DNA of 64,000 bases from contig CAVWIP010000002.1 in NCBI GenBank assembly GCA_963755125.1, forward strand, positions 32,001-96,000, given 5' to 3'. Position numbers and translations under genes: made by a program. Numbering within the stretch: the stretch's first letter is position 1; each line of letters begins with the position of its first letter. The notes under the pieces were generated by a model. It made no database searches and was not told where the DNA came from. It saw only the letters and a list, made by a program, of their open reading frames with translations. Shown in pieces: positions 59,061 through 64,000 of the stretch. Source of the stretch: an uncultured delta proteobacterium (GTDB lineage: Bacteria > Myxococcota_A > Polyangia > Fen-1088).

Positions 59061-61694
59061 TCAGTCGCAGGTTCCTGAGCACGGCAACCAGGTGCCCGCG
59101 CTGGCCGTCACGCTCGCGCTGCCCGCTGTGAGCCCAGTCGCCGAGGCCGTCACCGTGATGGTGCCAGCGCCGGTCGCCTGGACGATCGCATAGGCCACGC
59201 CGTTGTAGGCGTTCCGAGTCCATGGTGGGCCGCGGAACGATTCCATGCCCATGCTGTCGCTGTCCACCGCGATGATGTTGCCTGGACCCGAGATGGTGAA
59301 GGTGATCGGAGTGGCTGCGCTGCCGGATATAGCCGCCATGAAGAAGACGCAGTCGTTATTGTCGGCAACCAGCGTGGTGTGATCGGGCGTGAGAGTCACC
59401 TTGCCAGCCACCGCTCCCGAGTTAAACGTGGTCTTGGTTGCGCCCCAAGTACCCTGCCAGGTGTTGCCGGTACCGCTGATGACCCCGAGTGAACTCATGA
59501 GGCCCCCACCGCCTCCGATCTTGGTAGTTTGCCCATCGACTTCACCCAGATACGACACGCCCGTCCAAAGGAATATGCCCGTCAGTCCAGTGTTGCCATC
59601 GACCGTGGTCCAGTCTGCCGTCGCGTTGGTGCCGTCCTCGGTTACCATGCTGGACTTGGTGGCCGTACTTCCCTCCATCTGCGTGCAGACCGCGGCGTTG
59701 TAATTCGTGCCCCACACGTCAAGCAGACTGGCTGTTTGTGCGGTGGAGGCCGTGTCGCCAGCCGTGCTCGGGTCAAGCAGAGCCTGGGTGATGTAGCGTG
59801 AGGGATCGAGCGCATGAGCGATATTGTGCATCTCGGTCAGAATCGGAGTTCGTGAAGCGAGCGAATCGTGGATCTCGTTGCCCACGCTGTACAGGGCCAC
59901 GCTCGGGTGGTTGCGATCCCGCATGATATACCCGGTGAAATCCACCTCCCACCACTTCGCGCTGGTGGCTGCCGCGGGTAGCGCGGGCATTCCGGTCGGG
60001 GTCGTCGAGGCCTTGTTGAAGTACATCGAGTAGTCGCCCTTATCCTCGTACTTCATATTGCTCCAGACGTCGGTGAACTCGTCCAGCACGAGCATTCCCA
60101 TTCGGTCCGTCAGATCGAGGAAATCCGGGCTGGGTGGATCGTGCGCCGTACGCCAAGCGTTCGACCCGGTGGTCTTGAGCCCCGCGATGCGCCTCTGCAT
60201 TGCCCGCGCCGGCGCGGCCAGTCCGAGCCCGTGATAGTCCTGATGGTTAGCGGTGCCTGCGAGCTTCACGCTCTTACCATTGAGCGTCAGGCCGTTGTTG
60301 AATATGAGGCTGCGGATCCCGAACGGCGTCACATCGTCGTCGACAGTGGTGCCGCCAACCTGGACGTTGGTCAACAGCGAGTACATGTTGGGGTTCTCTA
60401 GATCCCATAGCTTGGGATTCGCCACAGTCACATCGAAGGTGAAGCTGGCCGATGCGCCCCCGGCGATGGTCTGGGCAGCGGCCGAAACCGGCGTGAGCGC
60501 CGTGCCATCCGGGCCGCTGACGATGCCCTGCACCGTCACGCTCTGAGACGTCGTGCCGCTGTTGACCACTGAGGTCTGAACGTGGACGGTCGCCGACGTG
60601 GTTGTCGGCGACGGCGTCTGCACATAGGTGGCCCACTGGTCAACGTGCACGGGATTAGTCGCGAGCAGGCGGACATGGCGGTAGATGCCGGCGCCAGCGT
60701 AAAAGCGCTCAGCCGGCTGAGTTGATGTGTCGCACTTTACCGCAATTACGTTGTCGGTGGTCCCGTCAGCTTTGACATTCGCCGTGATGTCGTAGCGGAA
60801 GGTCACGTAGCCGTAGGGATGGTTCCCGATCTGAGTGCCATTGACGTAGACGGTGCTGTTCCCCATCACGGCGTCGAACTCAACGTAAATCTTGTCACCC
60901 GATAGGGATTGCGGAAGCGTGAAGTGTTTGCGGTACCAGGCAATTCCCGAAGCCACCCATGCGCCTCTGCCCGTGGTCGCGGCCGTTGCTGAGAAGGGAT
61001 TGGCGGGAGGGTTGGTCCCCTCGATGGCCCAGTCGTGCGGGACGCTGAGTGAGCGCCACGTGGTGTCCGCGAACGTCGTGGTATCCGCCCCGGTCGCATC
61101 GCCGGCATTGAACAGCCAGCTCGCGTCGAAGGGCATGATCTGTCGAACCCGGTTTCCGATAACTGGAGGAGGATTCGGGCCAGCTCCTCCGGTGGGCGAC
61201 CCGCCGGTGACTGTGGCGCCGCCAAGGGGTGTGCTGCCGCCAGGGGCCGTCGCGCCGCCAGGGGCAGTGGTGCCGCCTCGTGCGCCACCAGTTCGAGGAG
61301 TTCCGCCCGCGCCAGCGACACCGCCGGCTCCGCCAACTCCGCCTGCGCCAGCAATTCCGCCTGTCACGGTGTTTCCGCCGACTGGTGTCGTGCCGCTGGC
61401 GCCGCCCGGGGCAGTGGCGCCGCCTCCGGGGGCAGTGGTGCCTCCCGTAACAACGCCGCCGCTGGAGCCCCCGACTGGGGGAACTGGATTGGTGGAGCTG
61501 CCGGTTTGAGTTTGTCCACCTGCGCTGGTCGTGCTGCCCGGATTGGTCGTATTGCCGCCTCCAGCGCCAGCTCCGCCGGCCGTCGCGCCTCCGCTGCTCT
61601 TGCCTGACGTGTTGCTTCCGCCGCAGCCAGTCGCCAGAGGCGAGGCGGCGAGCAGCACTAGAACCAGAAGACGTGGCTTGGGAATCATGTTCAT
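59061..61694 (-). CDS. GH2 glycoside hydrolase (beta-galactosidase-like) lipoprotein
   Basis: Lipobox ATGC; linker; VPHDW, WYRKHF, AGIYRHV, FGIR, RTAHDP, RDRNHPS..YSVGNE. Confidence 0.92.
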   Translation of the reverse strand: MNMIPKPRLLVLVLLAASPLATGCGGSNTSGKSSGGATAGGAGAGGGNTTNPGSTTSAGGQTQTGSSTNPVPPVGGSSGGVVTGGTTAPGGGATAPGGASGTTPVGGNTVTGGIAGAGGVGGAGGVAGAGGTPRTGGARGGTTAPGGATAPGGSTPLGGATVTGGSPTGGAGPNPPPVIGNRVRQIMPFDASWLFNAGDATGADTTTFADTTWRSLSVPHDWAIEGTNPPANPFSATAATTGRGAWVASGIAWYRKHFTLPQSLSGDKIYVEFDAVMGNSTVYVNGTQIGNHPYGYVTFRYDITANVKADGTTDNVIAVKCDTSTQPAERFYAGAGIYRHVRLLATNPVHVDQWATYVQTPSPTTTSATVHVQTSVVNSGTTSQSVTVQGIVSGPDGTALTPVSAAAQTIAGGASASFTFDVTVANPKLWDLENPNMYSLLTNVQVGGTTVDDDVTPFGIRSLIFNNGLTLNGKSVKLAGTANHQDYHGLGLAAPARAMQRRIAGLKTTGSNAWRTAHDPPSPDFLDLTDRMGMLVLDEFTDVWSNMKYEDKGDYSMYFNKASTTPTGMPALPAAATSAKWWEVDFTGYIMRDRNHPSVALYSVGNEIHDSLASRTPILTEMHNIAHALDPSRYITQALLDPSTAGDTASTAQTASLLDVWGTNYNAAVCTQMEGSTATKSSMVTEDGTNATADWTTVDGNTGLTGIFLWTGVSYLGEVDGQTTKIGGGGGLMSSLGVISGTGNTWQGTWGATKTTFNSGAVAGKVTLTPDHTTLVADNNDCVFFMAAISGSAATPITFTISGPGNIIAVDSDSMGMESFRGPPWTRNAYNGVAYAIVQATGAGTITVTASATGLTAGSASVTASAGTWLPCSGTCD

Positions 61695-62135
61695 GGCTTC
61701 TCCCCAGGGTGATACGGAACTTCTATTCAGAAAGCAGTGAAGTGCCTTCGTTATACGGCTCAACTAATTCGGGTGGACGATGGAGTATATCCCCTCGACG
61801 CTGGAAGCGATGGTCCAGACCAGGGATTGCTGCAGGCATCCTCAATCCTGACAGAGCGAGAGGTGGCCGATCTGTCGTTGGTGGGGAAATGTGTGACATT
61901 TCGACCGTGACGCGGGATCGATTTTGAATGGTTAGCCTCGCATGTGAACCGCTGGTACTATCTGCGACGAGCATTTCCGGGTTTGGGTGCATGACGTCGT
62001 CGGGTGGAGTCCGGATAGCCCGACCGAGACGAGTTCGCGATTGGACAAGCTTCACCCACAGGTACAGCTGCGGAGCCGCGTTGCGAGATATCCGTACCGC
62101 GATCGGCCGTTCTCGATTTCTGGATGCACATTCTC

Positions 62136-62780
62136 ATGACTGACCCGCAAACCAACTACACGCAGGAGGAGATCGACGAGATCATCAAGCGCGCGCTGAG
62201 CGAGCAGGCGCAGGGCGAACGCACGCTCAGCCACGCCGAGTTGGTTGAGATCGCGGCGGAGGCTGGCATCGAACGCGACGCCGTAGAGCGTGCTACCGCG
62301 GAGCTGGCGCGGTCTCGCACGCAAGAGCAGGCCCGGCAGGTTGCCTCCCGCGAGATCGCGGCCGAGCGGACCGTGCAGATCAAGCGGTTCGCCTCCTCGG
62401 CCGTGAGCTTCACCGTCCTGAACGGCTTTCTGTATTTCATCGCGACCCGTTTGACCGGTGGCAACTGGTATGTCTGGCCTTTGCTGGGCAGTGGTGCCGT
62501 GCTGGCGCTGCAGTTGAGGCACGTGATTTTCCCGTACGACAAGGTTTTGCGGCGTCGGCGTCGCGAGGAAAAGCGACGCGAGCGCGAGCGACGCCGGGCC
62601 GCGCGCGAGGCATGGAAGCGCAAGCTGCTCGACGGCAGTGGTTCCGTGGTCGAGGGAGCGAAGGAATTCGAGGGCGCGGTGCAGTCGGGGGTCACGGCGC
62701 TGCTGAGGATTGCCGCGCGGAAGCTCGAGGAGCATGTCGAGCGAGAGGAGAGTCAGCGCGACCGCAGTCCCAGGGTGTGA
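62136..62780 (+). CDS. 2TM-domain membrane protein
   Basis: YTQEEIDEIIKRAL...ELVEIAAEAGI; two TM segments with WYVWPLLG. Confidence 0.75.
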   Translation: MTDPQTNYTQEEIDEIIKRALSEQAQGERTLSHAELVEIAAEAGIERDAVERATAELARSRTQEQARQVASREIAAERTVQIKRFASSAVSFTVLNGFLYFIATRLTGGNWYVWPLLGSGAVLALQLRHVIFPYDKVLRRRRREEKRRERERRRAAREAWKRKLLDGSGSVVEGAKEFEGAVQSGVTALLRIAARKLEEHVEREESQRDRSPRV

Positions 62781-62851
62781 ATACCCTCAACGAAACCCCG
62801 AGGTGCTGGCCCAGCTCGCGGAGTGGATCGGCGGTCTATAGTCGGCGGCGC

Positions 62852-63901
62852 CTACTCGCCTTCGGCGCCCAGGGCCAGCGGACCCTTGAGGGAATTCTCG
62901 ACTGCGGGGCCGATGAGGCCGGCCAGGTTGGTGAAGGCGCGGCTGCGTGCATCGGACTCGGCGCGGCCCACACCGCGGCCTTCCTTCTGGAATCCGGCAA
63001 TGACCGCGTCGGTGTCCAGTCGCTTGACCTCCACGTCGGCCGCCTCCTGCGCCGCCATGCCGGCAGCGATGACGGACGGCACCAGCGCCCTCTCGGAAAC
63101 TTCGAGCTTGATGACCACGGCACCCGCGGCCCTGTCAGCGGTCTGTACCTCCACGCCCAGCTTGGTCAGCCGTTCGACCACGCTGGCCGCCACCTGCTTG
63201 GCGCCCTCGCCAGTGGCGATGACCGTCACGCGCAACTTGGAACGCAGGGAGTGGGCCAGATCCTTGAAATCGCTGCGGGTCGGGGTCGCGCCCTTGTAGC
63301 TGCCGCCGATCGCGCGCAGCACGATAAGTTGCGTTTCCACCTCGTCGATGGCTTCCCGCGCGGGCTGCAGGTGCGTGAGCGCATCCATGGGCGCCCGCTT
63401 CTTCAAGGCCGCATTGATGGCCTTCATCTCGCGCGAGGCCTTGTCCGCCGCAGTATCCACGGCCGCGCTGATATGCTGCTGCGCCACCGCCCGGTCCACC
63501 GCGGCCAGCGCGTACATGGTGGCCTGCTGCGGGTCGAAGCAACGCGCGACAATCTGCGCGTCGGGCAGCTTGATCGCGCTCTTGATGGTGGACTTGTCCT
63601 GGACGGAAAAATGCCCCCCGCCGCTCGAACTGCCCGAGGCCTCGACGGTGGTGGTCGACGAGATCGACGCCACGATCTGTTTCGACATATCGGAAAGGGC
63701 GGCTGTCTTGGCCGGCACTTCGCCGGCAGCCTGACTGGGCATGCCGCCGGCAACGCCGAGCCCGACCAGGAAACGAGACCGGGGGTATTCCGGGCTCTGG
63801 CCGCTGCGGGTCCATTCGGGACACCCGGCGTCGGCCCTGGCGGGCACGAGTAGCAGGGTGGGAACAAGCGCGGCCAAGGTCAGATAGTTCTTCATCGTCA
63901 C
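62852..63901 (-). CDS. LPP20-like exported protein
   Basis: Signal peptide; PEW...YP...LVGLG...ALSDMSKQI pattern. Confidence 0.65.
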   Translation of the reverse strand: MTMKNYLTLAALVPTLLLVPARADAGCPEWTRSGQSPEYPRSRFLVGLGVAGGMPSQAAGEVPAKTAALSDMSKQIVASISSTTTVEASGSSSGGGHFSVQDKSTIKSAIKLPDAQIVARCFDPQQATMYALAAVDRAVAQQHISAAVDTAADKASREMKAINAALKKRAPMDALTHLQPAREAIDEVETQLIVLRAIGGSYKGATPTRSDFKDLAHSLRSKLRVTVIATGEGAKQVAASVVERLTKLGVEVQTADRAAGAVVIKLEVSERALVPSVIAAGMAAQEAADVEVKRLDTDAVIAGFQKEGRGVGRAESDARSRAFTNLAGLIGPAVENSLKGPLALGAEGE

Positions 63902-63930
63902 GCTCTGCCTCCGCTGACGTTGCCCGGCCG

Positions 63931-64000
63931 CTATTGTGGGGCAGCGGCTGCGGCATCCTTCATCTGCTCGCTGACCTTGTCCGCGTCCTTCTTCCAGGCG
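63931..64000 (-). CDS. 3' end of a gene running off the window
   Basis: Open frame AWKKDADKVSEQMKDAAAAAPQ then TAG. Confidence 0.4.
   Translation of the reverse strand, partial: AWKKDADKVSEQMKDAAAAAPQ

Noticed and set aside
46156..61922. 16-bp exact repeat GTGACGCGGGATCGAT at 46156 and 61907
   Set aside because: One such match is plausible by chance in 64 kb of GC-rich DNA, and nothing else marks the interval as an element
1..64000. CRISPR array or cas genes
   Set aside because: No repeat-spacer array seen; all tandem repeats are coding low-complexity linkers

Overview
High-GC window that looks myxobacterial (inferred from the Gly/Thr-linker lipoproteins, the Mx8-type integrase and the expanded kinase family). 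The left part (1-28.6 kb) holds four paralogous sensor kinases, one knocked out by a 103-bp IS630-type MITE. It also has an AAA ATPase/AlbA_2 pair, dipZ, glgC, a USP, tal, pcnB, queC and a Cc1-like/H1-tail DNA-binding protein. A set of mostly lipoprotein CAZymes (GH8 frameshifted, GH12, GH3, GH54, GH5, GH2) is interrupted by an 11.4-kb island in tRNA-Pro(TGG), bounded by 43-bp att repeats at 34751 and 46232. The att core lies inside the integrase reading frame, so excision would swap a 21-aa tail for a 122-aa HTH-containing tail. The island carries a 3.47-kb IS21-type element with two extra ORFs and no target duplication, with truncated genes on both sides. It also carries an IS3 splitting a 1106-aa unknown protein. 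The best candidate for a new system is a WD40-linked, 18-Cys CxC-repeat polypeptide ending in HYWYPN, directly followed by a radical SAM/SPASM enzyme. Further right are an apparently intact IS630, an unknown-protein/PEP-utilising kinase pair and a lectin-fused membrane spermidine-synthase-like protein. All family calls come from motif recognition by eye; no searches were run.
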